Shown here: in pieces, positions 14,646 to 26,821 of the stretch | Layout of the letters: every line of letters begins with the position of its first letter | Position numbering within the stretch: the stretch's first letter is position 1 | Origin: Lama glama | Lineage: Eukaryota | Direction of reading: 5' to 3' | DNA: 64,000 bases | NCBI GenBank assembly: GCA_028534125.1 | Contig: CM052817.1 | Span: 87,980,001 to 88,044,000 of the forward strand | Position numbers and translations under genes: made by a program | Notes under the pieces: model-generated | The model's input: the letters and a program-made list of their open reading frames with translations, nothing else | Databases searched by the model: none | Told to the model about the DNA's origin: nothing

Positions 14646-15289
14646 GCACTCCAGAATTTAAAAGTAAATGCATTCTCACCACAACAAAACACAATAAGGA
14701 GTTTATTTGCCAACAAAACCTGTAATAAAGAAAGTTGGAAATTCAAATATACATAATACAAGATGATGCCAGGACAATAACTGTAGAGAGAAGGAACATA
14801 ACAGTTTGAGGAAGATGATAATATAAATAAAGACACAACGGCATGATCAAGAACAAGCTTTATAGAACATTAAAAAAAAAAGCTATAAGTTGAGGACAGT
14901 GGAACAAACTGAAAGAGACATATGCCTTAATGAATTGAGAGACCCCATGCCAACCCTGGGCAGACTACCCAAATGTGATACATAAACCTGTCAGATCAAC
15001 TATTACTTTACTCTGTTACAGCTACCATAACTATACAAAATGGAGTGTTATAATCAACTAACATGATAAATCAAAAAAGCAACCCTCATTGATATTGAAC
15101 TAACATATAATAAATGTCAACAGCCATTTTCCTTTACAATATTAGATACACCAGTTGGCTAATACCTTAATATTACAAAATAATTATTATGAATCTTACC
15201 TAATATTAAATTCAAGGTGAGTTATTAATACTCTAATTAAAAGCAGGAGTAGAATAGGTTCATTATTACCAAATCAAGATAGGCAGAAT

Positions 15290-15512
15290 AATTGAGAAAA
15301 CATCTAATGTAAAAAAATATACAAAAAGGCTGACAATTACAGAATTATTCAACATTATTAGTCATCAGAGAAATGCAGAATAAAACCATAATAAAGGACC
15401 ATGACATATTCATTGGAATAGCTAATATTAAAAGACTGAGAATACCAGTTGTTAGCAACAATATGGAGCAATGGGAAAAACTCATCCACTGGTGGTGGAA
15501 ATGCAAAATAGC
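15290..15512 (+). mobile_element. L1 ORF2 3' fragment
   Basis: 'tcaacattattagtcatcagagaaatgcagaataaaaccata' and 'ggtggtggaaatgcaaaata'. Confidence 0.75.
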
Positions 15513-15514
15513 CA

Positions 15515-16270
15515 TCTAATTTGCATTTATTTTTCATGACTTATTACCATTACATATGAACTATATGTGGAAATACTTTCTTCCTTATACTTAACATCCA
15601 TTTGTATTTCACTTATTTACGGTATAGGTTTTGCCAATATTTCTATTGAGTTGTGGGTTTTTTTGTTTATTTGGTACTTCTGCTTTATTTAATCAGAATA
15701 TTAGCCACCTGTTGTACACATTGCAAATTTTTTCCAGTTTCTATCTTTGAAATTGATTTTCTTTCCAATAATATTTTTACTTTAATTTTACTTTATAGTA
15801 GCCATATGTTCCAATCTTTTTATGTTTGTGGTTTGTGGTTTTGTCTCCTGCTAAACATAACCATTCACATGCTGGTGTTATCTCTAATAATTTGGTGATT
15901 TCATTTTTATGAATAAGTCATTGATGCAACCAGAATTTTTGATGATACAAAAATTAGGAGTAAAGGATTATTCTATATATTCATTAGTTTTTTAACCATT
16001 TGTTCCAGCAATGTTACTTTGCAATTTTCTTCCCAGTATTTTAAAATTCTACCTTTATTTAGTGCTGTATTTCCATTATGATTTTAGATATATTTCTAAC
16101 CTCTCCATTCTTTTTTCCCAACATTCCTATCTGCCTACATATATACCTTGTAGCAAACACTTTTAATTATTGTAGCATTACGACCTAGCTTAATAAATGC
16201 ATGCAGGAAAAAAAGGCTTCACTGTCTCATAATTTTTATTTACTAAAATTTGCTGGAAATTCTTGTATAT
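15515..16270 (-). mobile_element. Old L1 ORF2 fragment, antisense
   Basis: T-rich; 'taatttgcatttatttttcatgac', 'cattgcaaattttttccag', 'ttttaattattgtagc' match reverse L1 ORF2. Confidence 0.6.
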
Positions 16271-16287
16271 TAACATGATAAAACCAG

Positions 16288-16790
16288 TTTTTTGATATAA
16301 TTTATACAGAATAACATGCAAATCTTGTGAATGCAGGGTTTAATGAATTTTGGCTAATTGAGGCAGCTGTGTATTCACCATCAAAATCAAGATAGAGAAC
16401 ATTTAGATTATTCCCAGTATTCCCCAGTGTCCATTCCTAGTCACCTTGCCAAAACCTGCAACAATAAGTAATCTTCACTGTCATTATAAATTTTATTTGA
16501 CTTTTCTAAAGTTTCATATAACTGAAATTATCCAATTTGCACTAATTTGTTTTTGACCATTTACACTCAGCATCATGTTATGGAGGTTCACCCATCCATG
16601 ATGTGTGTGTATCTAGAGTTTATCCCTTTTTTTTGCTAAGTAGTATTCCATTGTACGAATATAACATAATTTATATAAGCTGTCACTTGTTGGTTGAAAA
16701 ATTCTGGATTGTATTTTAAGTGCATATTTTAACTTTATAGTAAACTACCAAGCAAGTCTCCAGAACTGTGCAATTTTACGTATATAACTT
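16288..16790 (-). mobile_element. L1 (L1MC-ME class) 3'UTR fragment, antisense
   Basis: 'ttttgatataatttatacag', 'caccatcaaaatcaagatagagaacattt', 'tgctaagtagtattccattgtacgaatataacataattt'. Confidence 0.8.
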
Positions 16791-17939
16791 TCTTTTGGTC
16801 ACCAATACATCATTCCAGTTGTCTGTGAGTGTACCTCACCTACTATGCCCTAAATAACTTTCAAGATTTTTGTTGAATGATTGAATGAATGAATGAATGT
16901 CAGGAAGTAAGTAGCAAAATTACTTACAATAATAACTTTATGTTGATTAATTTTAATGTGGAAGGTAATTATCAAATCAAAATAAATATTAAGAAATATT
17001 TTAGAAAAATTATGATATTTGGCTGATGCATTTATGGAGAGAACAGATAAAATAGAAATGAATACATATAGAGGTATTAATTTTACTGTTTCTTAGTGTG
17101 TGTATCAGTATTTTTATGATTCTGTTCACACAAACAGATACGATCAGATGGCTGTACTGACATTGGGCAAGGAAATAAAGGTGCCAGAAGCTAGTACAAT
17201 CTAACTCCAGTTCTTTGATAAGCATGTTGAACCTAGGGAGCTCATACAGGTAGATCCCATGGTGAAAGTAAAAGCTGATTTAGTGATTTAAAACTAATTC
17301 CTACACTTGAGCTTAAAACTAAGCTTAATTGTCATCTACCAGCTTTGGAAATATGCAAAGCCCATGAGATTTCAACAAATTACAATCCTAAAAAGTGACC
17401 ACATAGAAATTGACTTGATTAGAATTTATAATGGGTTTCCTAGTTAGTTCAATAGTGGACCTTGTCATGATTCAGTAGTGAGATATATATATTCTCAGAC
17501 ATAGATGCCTACTAAAATTATGTTTGAAATGTGAAACAAAAGAAAATATTAATTGGCTAAGTAGATCCATTTTATCATACTGACAATGATATGTCATTCT
17601 ATCATTTTTGTTTCCTTTTTCACTCCACAAAAATGTATAATGAATACATTTAAATGTAATAAAGGAAAGAATGATGTGAATTACAATAATATAACCAGTA
17701 GCTGTGCTTATATCAAAGATGAAAAATAACATCCTTAATCCCACACTGAATCCACTTAATGAGAAAGCTGGCAGGTAGACATTTTTGTTTGAAATCCTAA
17801 AGATTTTACCAGTGTGACATTTGGAATATCTACTATCTAATCAACTTAAAAATAATTGAGAATGAGGAATCTGTCAAAATGGGGGTGTCTCGAGACTTAA
17901 TATGAAAAGAAAAGATTTTTAAAATACACTATTTCATAT

Positions 17940-18200
17940 TATCTGTTACGTCAACTAATCAGACATATAATTTTCCTATCATTTGCATAGTCTCAAAGTC
18001 TCTTTAATATTTCAAAGTCAGCTTGATAGGTTGATAATACTTTGTGGCATGTTTGAGCCTGGTATATGTGTCTTCTTATAGGTGACATTAGTCACCTATA
18101 TATATAGGACTCTAGTGAAGTAGTCTTTTCTTTGATCCTGACGTCAGAATACGTGTTACTTTTTGGGGGTTGGGAGGGGGCGGGGACCGCCTCATCCATT
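17940..18200. promoter_or_regulatory. Candidate promoter/enhancer module: CRE sites, RCGTG, GC box
   Basis: TTACGTCA 17946-17953, perfect CRE TGACGTCA 18139-18146, TACGTG 18150-18155, GGGGCGGGG 18177-18185; CpGs retained in an otherwise CpG-depleted, repeat-free region. Confidence 0.55.
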
Positions 18201-18487
18201 TGTCATGATGGCACAATGTCCAATTCTTGGTCAGTTGAAGTACTTCTCTGGAGTGTAAATAATGACTTTTTCCTGCTTTTCAATTTTTAAAGTGATTTTT
18301 TAAATTTGACAAGTTTCACAGCTAGCCACTTCAAAAATTCAAATACTTTAGAAGCACAGGGAACATTGTATCAACTAGTGCGTGCCTTTTATTTTTCAAG
18401 TATCGCAAACTGGCCAGGGGGTGTAAATTTAACAGTGAATATAGTCTTCTGCTGTTGTTGTTGAGATTACTTGAAAAAGCAGCAGTC

Positions 18488-18495
18488 ATGGCAAG
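18488..18495 (+). other. Candidate coding end of a first exon (ATG GCA AG|gtaaga)
   Basis: Kozak-like gcagtcATGG at 18488 followed by strong donor AAG|GTAAGA at 18495/18496, ~300 bp downstream of the GC box; gene not recognised. Confidence 0.3.
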
Positions 18496-20469
18496 GTAAG
18501 AGTGGATCCTGCTACCAATGTACCTTCCTCTATAGAAATGGAGTGGAACCACCAATTCAGAAGATGTTATTGGCAGTCTTTTGATATATTGTCATAAATA
18601 ATAAGGACTATGTAAGACATGCAGGGGAAACTATTCTATGACATTCAAGGAAACCACTTGTTCTGCAATTACGAAAAAATGTCACCCACACATCTGCATT
18701 CATTGTTAGGTGGATAACTTTGGTAGGGAAAGGTTCAGTGAGGAGAATCAAAAGCAGTGTATTTTGTTAAATCCTTGAGGATTTAAAAATATGCTAAAAT
18801 TTTAGTTCCTGTATGAGTTGGTATGTCTTTTCAGGTATTTGTAGTCATTTTTCTAATCAATCAATATAAAATATTTCTGTAAACTGTACATTTTTAAATG
18901 CCACATGAACTATTTTCATATATTTGGGTACCATTGTTTACTACAATACAGTAAGTTATTATGTTATTTCAGAGTATAGCCTTGTTACTTCTTAATGGAT
19001 GGGTTTAGTGTTATTCTACTCAGTGCTGCCCAGCAGTGCCAAAGGTGCTTGTAATCACACCCCCACAGCCAGAGGCATCAGAGAAGACCAAAAGGAAAGG
19101 CAGGCTCTCTGTGTTGAAATGAAAGACCTTGTTCTACTATTCATCAGTAAGTGGTAGGGGATCATCATTAATTTTAGTTCATATTTTTTTATTTCTACTT
19201 TCAATACCTTCTTGACACCTCTTAAGATTATATGAATTATTATATCAGCAGGTATGAGGTACTGAAGCATGCAATTTCATGCAGGGAGAAATCAAGCAGT
19301 TGAACCATTAAAATTAATGCAAATAGCCTGTTTCTATTTAAGAAAGAAAAGAGGGGTAATCTTGAGGAAGAATTATACGTAGTGTAACAAAATTGTCTAT
19401 AAACTACCCTTAAAATTATGTATTGTTTCAGTCCAAAGTAATTAAATTCTTTTGCAATATTAACTTTCTTTTCTTGTTTATTAATTCACTACAAATTAGC
19501 TATAAAAGACCAGTCCAAACACCTAAATTTACTTTTATTTCCATTTCCTATCAATACAATGGTTTTATTTAACCTGTTTTCCAGCAGGCCAACAGGAACT
19601 TTTGAAATCCGTTTCTTTATACTTATAATTCTGTGCTTTAAATAATGTAACCCACACCAACCAGAGAGAAATTAATTAAAGATTCCTTGGAGCATTACTC
19701 ACCTCCTCTTGAGTGTCTGCTACATGAAGATTTAACCCATAGTCAGTAAGGGCTTCTCTACATCTTTCTTAAACTATTACTGCTAAAACTTCAGGTTTGT
19801 TCTTGGGAATAAGGAAAAATTTCTCTGTTTATAAAATATATTAAATCATCTTTTGTAATACTGCTAAGTATCATCTCACAGAACATAGCAATCTTTTGTA
19901 GAGTTTTCACATAGTCTAAGACTCTTTGATTTTTTTTTCTCAAATGCTGTGTTCCCCAGTTTCCTGTGTACTTACCACTACATAACATGAAAATACCCAA
20001 ACTGTGTATTTCCATTGTAAACAGTTTATACATACAGTTTGGTTAGGCAGAATCTATACTTCCTGTGCTGTGACACGCCTGGGTTCTAGTTTAGCTATGT
20101 GTCCTCCGTATCCTCATGTTAAAAGAAGATAATAGCCTCTATATTTTCCTTAAAATGTGTAAAATAACGTGTGATTTCTTAACATATTTTAAGTTTAAGA
20201 AAACTTTATGGTACGATAGACATAAGAATTCTGGAATATTCTCACAAACACATGGCTGACTTTCATCAACATCTAATTATAGAAACTAAAGTCACTAAAT
20301 CTTTTTTCTGATACCCATCTTTAACATCTGTAATCATTATGGTTGTGGCTTACATGAATGAATCAGCTAAAATTATGGAGAGTTTCAAAATGTGTGGCAT
20401 TGGAATTGTCTTTGACACTAAAACAACACAAGGAGAATAGCTTATCATAATGAGTTCAGAATACACAAC

Positions 20470-20940
20470 CTCTTCTTACCATGAGCAGCAGCTGATGGCA
20501 TTGCTTGCTGCTTGCTTTCCATTGCAAAATAATTGTCTGGAGCAGATAAGATCACAAGCTGGTTAATGTCACAAGCCTGCCCCTGTTGCTAATATGATCT
20601 TATCAGTCACTGACTGATCACTTTCTAGGGAGAAGTATCAGCCTGTACCCACCCTGCCCTTTTTTTTTAAGTGGGCTTAGGATGAGAAGCAAATACTATA
20701 CAATAGTAAAATGAGCTTTCACTTTTTCTTTTTTCTTTGATAAATATTTTGTTCACAGAGCTTGTGTTTACCTCATGGGACTGCTGCCAAGGCAGAGGTT
20801 CAATTCCATGAACTGAAATACATCATCACGTTTTGGCATAATTGCATTTCTAATGGGCTCTCTGAGAAAGGAATGCGTAAGTGCCAATTACAGCATGATA
20901 CAAATAAAGCATTATTATGTTCTCTGGAACAATCTGCATA
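20470..20940. promoter_or_regulatory. Candidate enhancer-like non-coding element
   Basis: Repeat-free; E-box CAGCTG, opposing GATA sites (AGATAA ~20545, TTATCA ~20600), NFI half-sites TTGGCA/TGCCAA, TAAT cores. Confidence 0.3.
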
Positions 20941-22314
20941 ATGGCAATATAGTCATATTATATTATGTTCAGTTATTTCTATTTCCTCTACTTGAATCTT
21001 TCTGTCAACAAACGATTTTTTAAGAAGTGCCTCAACTGTGATTTGAATGCTATAAAAGTAATAATTTATTTGTCAACAAAGTATGTAAAATCATATATGT
21101 GTTACTTACAGAGAGAGAGAGCTCATATACAGACATTTATGGATATCTATATGCAGGTACAGATATAGAGAGGTATACCATATGCAGTAATAGATACATT
21201 ATCTAATGATCCGTCACCTCTTTGATTATAGTATTTAATTATCCAAATTGCTGTACTGCAAAGCAGAAAATAACTAAGAGTAACTAGTTTTAGCCTAGTT
21301 AATATGAGACATATGAGAAAGTAGTAACAACCACTTTGAAAGCAAAATCACACAAATAATAACTCAAAAAGAAGTGTAAAGATAAGATACAAGCACCAAA
21401 ATGAAATGCAGATTGTTCCTAATGTTTGAAGGAAACTCCTTTGTGCTGTTGAAATAAATATTATGCAATAAGTGAAAAATATATTACTTAGATTTGTCTT
21501 CAAGCCAAAAGGTCTTAAAGGGGCATAGTCTCTGGAAAGTGTTGTGCAATCGAGGGAATGCTTGCTCTAATGTCAGCACTACAACATTTTCTGAGCCTGA
21601 TCTACACGACTTGTCAAGGAGAATTTTTTTCACTTTAGTTTTTCATCAAGTCAGAACCTATTTGACAGTATGGCAGCACTACCCATAAAGGAGCCTTATT
21701 GATTTGGGCATCTAGTTTAAGGGGAGATAAACCATAATATGTTTGGGATGAAATCACTGTTGTTCTTGGTGCTGTCCTTGAGCAACAAATTTAAATCTGC
21801 AGCAAGGAAGCGTTTTTTTTTTTTTCCTTCAGAATAACAGGTTATTGATTTTAGCAGAAAATCACCTCATAAAACTTTATTTCAAGATTTTTGTACTTTT
21901 ACAATTACAGATTTATATTGAGGAGTGTTAATCATTCCAAGCATAGAATATTCAAACAATATTTAATATAAACAAGAAAAGATAAAATCACAGTTCATTA
22001 AGAAAGCTCAAATGGTATTTGTATAGGAAATATATCTATAGTAAATATTGCAAAAAATGCCAGCGAATATATTTAGAATAAAATGAAATGGCAATGTGGA
22101 GGAGAGGAAAGAAGTGATTAGAAATGAGAGAAACCACTTTATGTAATATGGACTTTCAGTGAAGACTTCCCTTGAGTCAAGAGATTATGAAATATTTATC
22201 TGAAATTTTCTAGTAGATAAAAGAAAAGTAATTACAGGTTTGTTTGGTAGCTTAACTGATCGACCATCTTACTGCTGTAATAGCAAACTTTATGAGTCAT
22301 CAAAAGCTACAAAT

Positions 22315-22855
22315 GCTTAACTCAAAATGGATTAAAGACTTGAATACAGACCTGAAACCTCCTAGAAGAAAATATAGGTGGCAAGTTCTTGACATACGTC
22401 TTGGCAATAACTTTTTAAATTTGACACCAAGACCAAAAGCAACAAAAGCAAAAATAAACAAGTGGGACTATATTAAACTGAAAAGTTCCTACACAGCAAG
22501 GGAAACCATTAACAAAATGAAAAGGGAACCTAAGGAATGGGAGAAAATATTTGCAAATCATATATCTGATAAGGGGTTAGTACAAAAAAAATGTATAAGG
22601 AACTCATACACCTCAACAGCAAAAAAACACAAGTAAACAAACAAACAATTTGATTGAAAATGGGCAGGGGATCTGAATAGATATTTTTCAAAAGAAAACA
22701 TATAAAAAGTGCTCAACATCATTAATTATCAAGGAAATGCAAATCAAAACCACAATGAGATTACCTCAAGCCATTTAGAATGATTATAAAAAAGTCAAGA
22801 AATAACACATGTTGGTGAAAACATGAAGAAAAGGGAACATTTATGCACTCTTGAT
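22315..22855 (+). mobile_element. L1 (L1MA/MB-like) ORF2 C-terminal fragment
   Basis: Track ORF 22292-22636 'NSKWIKDLN...KAKINKWDYIKLKS...WEKIFANHISDKGL' is classic L1 ORF2p C-terminus. Confidence 0.93.
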
Positions 22856-24391
22856 CAATTTTAAAAAAGCTACAAGTGAAATTTAGTGTTTGTGTTCATC
22901 AAATACCTTTGTCTAATTCACTAGATTTTGTGTACTTTCATTACATTGTCCTTAATTCATCAGATTTTACAATTGTGTGTAAAAATAAATGCTATTTGTT
23001 CACTCAAGTAATAGATGCACATTCAAAGTTTCAAGCAAAACATTATCAGTTAAGAGATTTTTATAATTTGTATACACATGTAGAACCTATATGTGCAACA
23101 ATATATTAATATAATAATGAGAAAATTTAATCAAATATGCTTTGGGTATAGATTACAGAATAATTAAAAAGGAAATATTTTCCTCCTTTTTCTCAACAGG
23201 TGAATGCTTCTAATAACTATAAGTATTTTCTGTAAAATTAAATGCCTTTAATTTCTGATACTAAAGATCAAAGATTATCATATTATTTTCCATATTTCTT
23301 TGATACAATAATGAGTTGAAAAATATCATTAACTTCAAAATTCTATGAGTTTTCTGTGAATGCTATTATGTCAAAGCATTATTTGTGCACTTTTCCAAAA
23401 GTAGACATTCCATCTTGTTAGCTCCTTAACCATATTGTGAAAGCATAATTGTATTCTGTGCATTCTTGGTTGACATTAAAATGATCTGTTAGTTGTGCCT
23501 AGCAGAATGTCATCCTTTCTGCATTAACTCACCCAACAACTTCGGATCAACAGTGTGTTTCTACCCATCCATCTGTCTGTAAGAGTGAAAACTAAGATGT
23601 AGGATTACTAATTTGTTAAGATATCTTTTTCATTTGTCTTAAAAATATGAATTAAAAAGATGTGTGAAAAGAGCATTTCACAAAAGCCTAGTTTCCTTTT
23701 AAAGGCATATTTGAAAGTCTTAGATGAGCCTACAAATACAACTGTCAGGATTATTCAGTATTAGAGCAAATAATAGAAAATTATCACTGTCCACACATCA
23801 GATACACATGATTATTTGATTTGTTTACTTACTTCTAGTTTCTGAAGGCTTAAATTTATATAAAACATCTCTTTTCAAATAATTTCTCTGTAAAAAAATT
23901 GTCTTATTTCATTATTATAACCTTTTTTGTGTTTACTTACAAGACTTCTATAACATGGCTGTTTTCCTATTTAAATGTATTCCCCTGAGTTGGCTGTATT
24001 CATGCTTTTACACTCTTTAGATATTATATGCATATACAACAATTTATGAGTTTCATTCTGACTGGCATTTGCTCCTTTATCTCTTCCATTTATCCATAAT
24101 ATTTTTATTTCTAAGTGCAAAGTCTCAATAGTCTATTAGCTTTTTCTTCTCACTTTATTCAAGGATCGTTCCATCCCTGAAAGCTGAGAAAGTCTATAGC
24201 TAGATTCTATCAGCAAATTAATAATATGCCAATAGTTGTACCTTTTATCTGCTTCCTTCTAAGAATTTATATCCAAGTTACAACTATTAAAAATACAATA
24301 TGTTAAAAAGATACTCTAAGAATAAGCAAAGACATTACAGATATGATGATATGACAAGTCTGTTAAATATTATTAATTTAAGAACTCCTAC

Positions 24392-24545
24392 AAGCAACAA
24401 AGATACATTGTACAGCACAGGGAAATATAGCCATTATTTTGTAATAACTTTAAATGGAGTATAATCTATAAAAATACTGAATAACTGTGTTGTATACTTG
24501 AAACTAATATAACATTATAAATCAACTATACTACAATAAAAATTA
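24392..24545 (+). mobile_element. L1 3' end fragment (laurasiatherian type)
   Basis: 'tgtacagcacagggaaatatagcc...tgtatacttgaaactaatataacattataaatcaactatactacaataaaa'. Confidence 0.85.
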
Positions 24546-24599
24546 TATAAAGCAACTGTCAGAAAATTTACAGTAATAACCAAAAATAAGTTTAAATTC

Positions 24600-25400
24600 C
24601 CTCCAAAAAAAGAATATTTGGTGACATGAGGTAATCTGTAACATTGTTTTATGAGTAAATAAGGCTACAAAACTATGTATAACATAACATAATTCTATTA
24701 AAATTATTTTACATGTAGTATATACAAACATATTATAGACATAGAAATAATACACATCCACAATGTAACAGTGATTACTTCTGGGTAGTGGAAATATTGA
24801 TATTTTTAATTTTTTTACCTAATAATTCTCTGCACTATTCATATTTTCTAAAATAAACTTTAAAAGTTGTAAAAAATAAAATTAAACTAAAAATTAAAGA
24901 ACTCCTACAAGTAAGAATATAATACCTAACAACTAAAAGAGAATATCCTTTAATGATTCACATAATCAGAATTTAAAAATAAGTGTATTTAATTTTTTCA
25001 TCATAAAATACAAAATAATACTTTAAACTGATTGACATATTAGCTTTTCAACAAGGAATTTTTGTCTTTTTTAAGTTGTAAAAATTAGTGAAAAGAAATG
25101 GACATGTGATATATTGCTGGGACCAACAGAAACTGGAAAGTGATCTCCCACTATGAAGTTATAGCTTTAAACTCATTAATACTTCTGTTGTGGCAATGCT
25201 ACAAGTGTGCCTTTTTCCTAGAGAAATAATGAAAATAATTTAAAAGCCTTGCATATATGAAAATTTATTGTAGCATTATTTACGATACTAAAATGTAAAG
25301 CGGTCTATAGGTTATGGTAAACAGTTCAAATGATTCAGGAATGTCAACTTGTAAGGGATATTGGGTAGTAATTAAAATCATCCTGAAATGGTGATAAATG
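24600..25400 (+). mobile_element. Degraded L1ME-like fragments
   Basis: 'aacagtgattacttctgggtagtgg' 3'UTR motif and 'aagaactcctacaagt', 'tttattgtagcattattt' ORF2/3' motifs. Confidence 0.55.
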
Positions 25401-25559
25401 TAACCATATGACTTAACTGATGTGGTTGGTATCAAATACTTTTTTCAATTATTCCATGTAATTACACTCATATTACTCAGATAGCATTCCCTAATATTGG
25501 ATTCATAACATATTCACTGATAATGATTTGCTCTTGTTTTTTTGGTCTAGATTTTGAAT

Positions 25560-26060
25560 CCAGGATGTCTTTCTTTATCCCAGCTTCCCACTGTCCATGC
25601 ATGGTTTGTGTGTTATGTGTTTTAAGTAGTCGTTGATTCCATACTCTCTTAGCCATTCCTTTCTCTATTATCCTAGCTCAGATCTGCATTATCTTTCTTC
25701 TAAAACCCTTTTTAAACGTCTTTCCTCTTCTGCCTTTCTCCAGATTTGTTCAGTTAAAATTCACATTCCATTTCGTTCCTAGGGGATCCATGCATAATGT
25801 AAATCAGATAGTGTCACTTTCCTTAAAGTTTGGCTTCAAGACAAAATCTAAGTTTCTTGACCTTCCATGGCAAGTCACATCTGTCATCCCCTCATGTCTC
25901 TCTATTGAAACTTCATTAACAAACACTGCCCTCAGCCCCCTCCGTACTGTGCTATATGTTAACTTTGTTTCTATTCTGCCTTCTGCCTTGAAAATATTCT
26001 TTCCAGTTCTTTACCTGTCAGTTCTTTCTGTTTATCGATAATGACATAAATATGAAGTTA
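25560..26060 (+). mobile_element. L2 fragment
   Basis: Pyrimidine-rich; 'aatgtaaatcagatagtgtcactttcc', 'ccttctgccttgaaaatattctttcc'. Confidence 0.6.
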
Positions 26061-26454
26061 AATACAATGGATAATAGTAATAAGTATATAGTATCTTATT
26101 AAAAACAATTTTATTTCAAAACATCTTCCTTTTTTCAATTTTATAATTTTAAATTAAACCTACAAATGAGTATTTAGAACTGTCAACCTGACCTCATTTG
26201 AATTCTTCTTTGCTATAATATTTTTGGAAACTCAACAAATAACCAAAGGCCACCTGCTCCTTTTGAGTGGTCAATCTTCTGTCAACCGACATACTCTGAT
26301 TTGAAGTTTAATGGCCATGGGTCATGTATCTGAATCTGTGATTGGGATCCACAAATAACTTACTAAATAACTGACCTTAAGTTTTAGGGTTTAAATTCTT
26401 TGAAGAAAAAGAACAGAAAAGTTTTATACATTAAATTTTTGACAAAATAAAAAT

Positions 26455-26595
26455 CTGTGTGAGGTGATAGATGTAACTAACCTTAGTTCCAATCATTTCA
26501 CTATATATACATATATCAAATTATGATGTTATAATCTTAAACTAATACAATGTTAGATGGCAATTATATTTCAATGAAACTGGAGAAGAAAAAAA
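26455..26595 (+). mobile_element. L1 (L1MA/MB) 3' end fragment
   Basis: 'tgtgtgaggtgatagatgtaactaacc...aatcatttcactatatatacatatatcaaa...caattatatttcaatgaaactgg' plus A tail. Confidence 0.85.
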
Positions 26596-26821
26596 CAGTA
26601 TTACCTAGCATTTTAAAACTGTAAATGCAAATTTTGATAATTTAAAGCTAAAAAAGATATGTTGAATATTACTACCTTCTGGAATCTATTATTGCCAAAA
26701 AACTTACATTTGGTAGATCCTAAATTAAAACAGAGTTAAAACTAACACTGAAAAATATAAAAACTAACATTCCAAAAATAAAAAGTTATTTTCAGGATTT
26801 TATGTTATATATCACCTAGAT

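Noticed and set aside
13637..14836. Hydrophobic 121-135 aa minus-strand ORFs resembling membrane proteins
   Set aside because: Antisense readings of A-rich L1 ORF2, which typically give F/L/I/S-rich chance ORFs
22292..22636. 114-aa ORF with recognisable protein motifs
   Set aside because: Frameshifted L1 ORF2p fragment, not a host gene
23175..23230. Good-looking splice acceptor 'tcctcctttttctcaacag|gtg'
   Set aside because: Stops follow immediately in the frames that would continue the upstream candidate exons, and no convincing donor was seen
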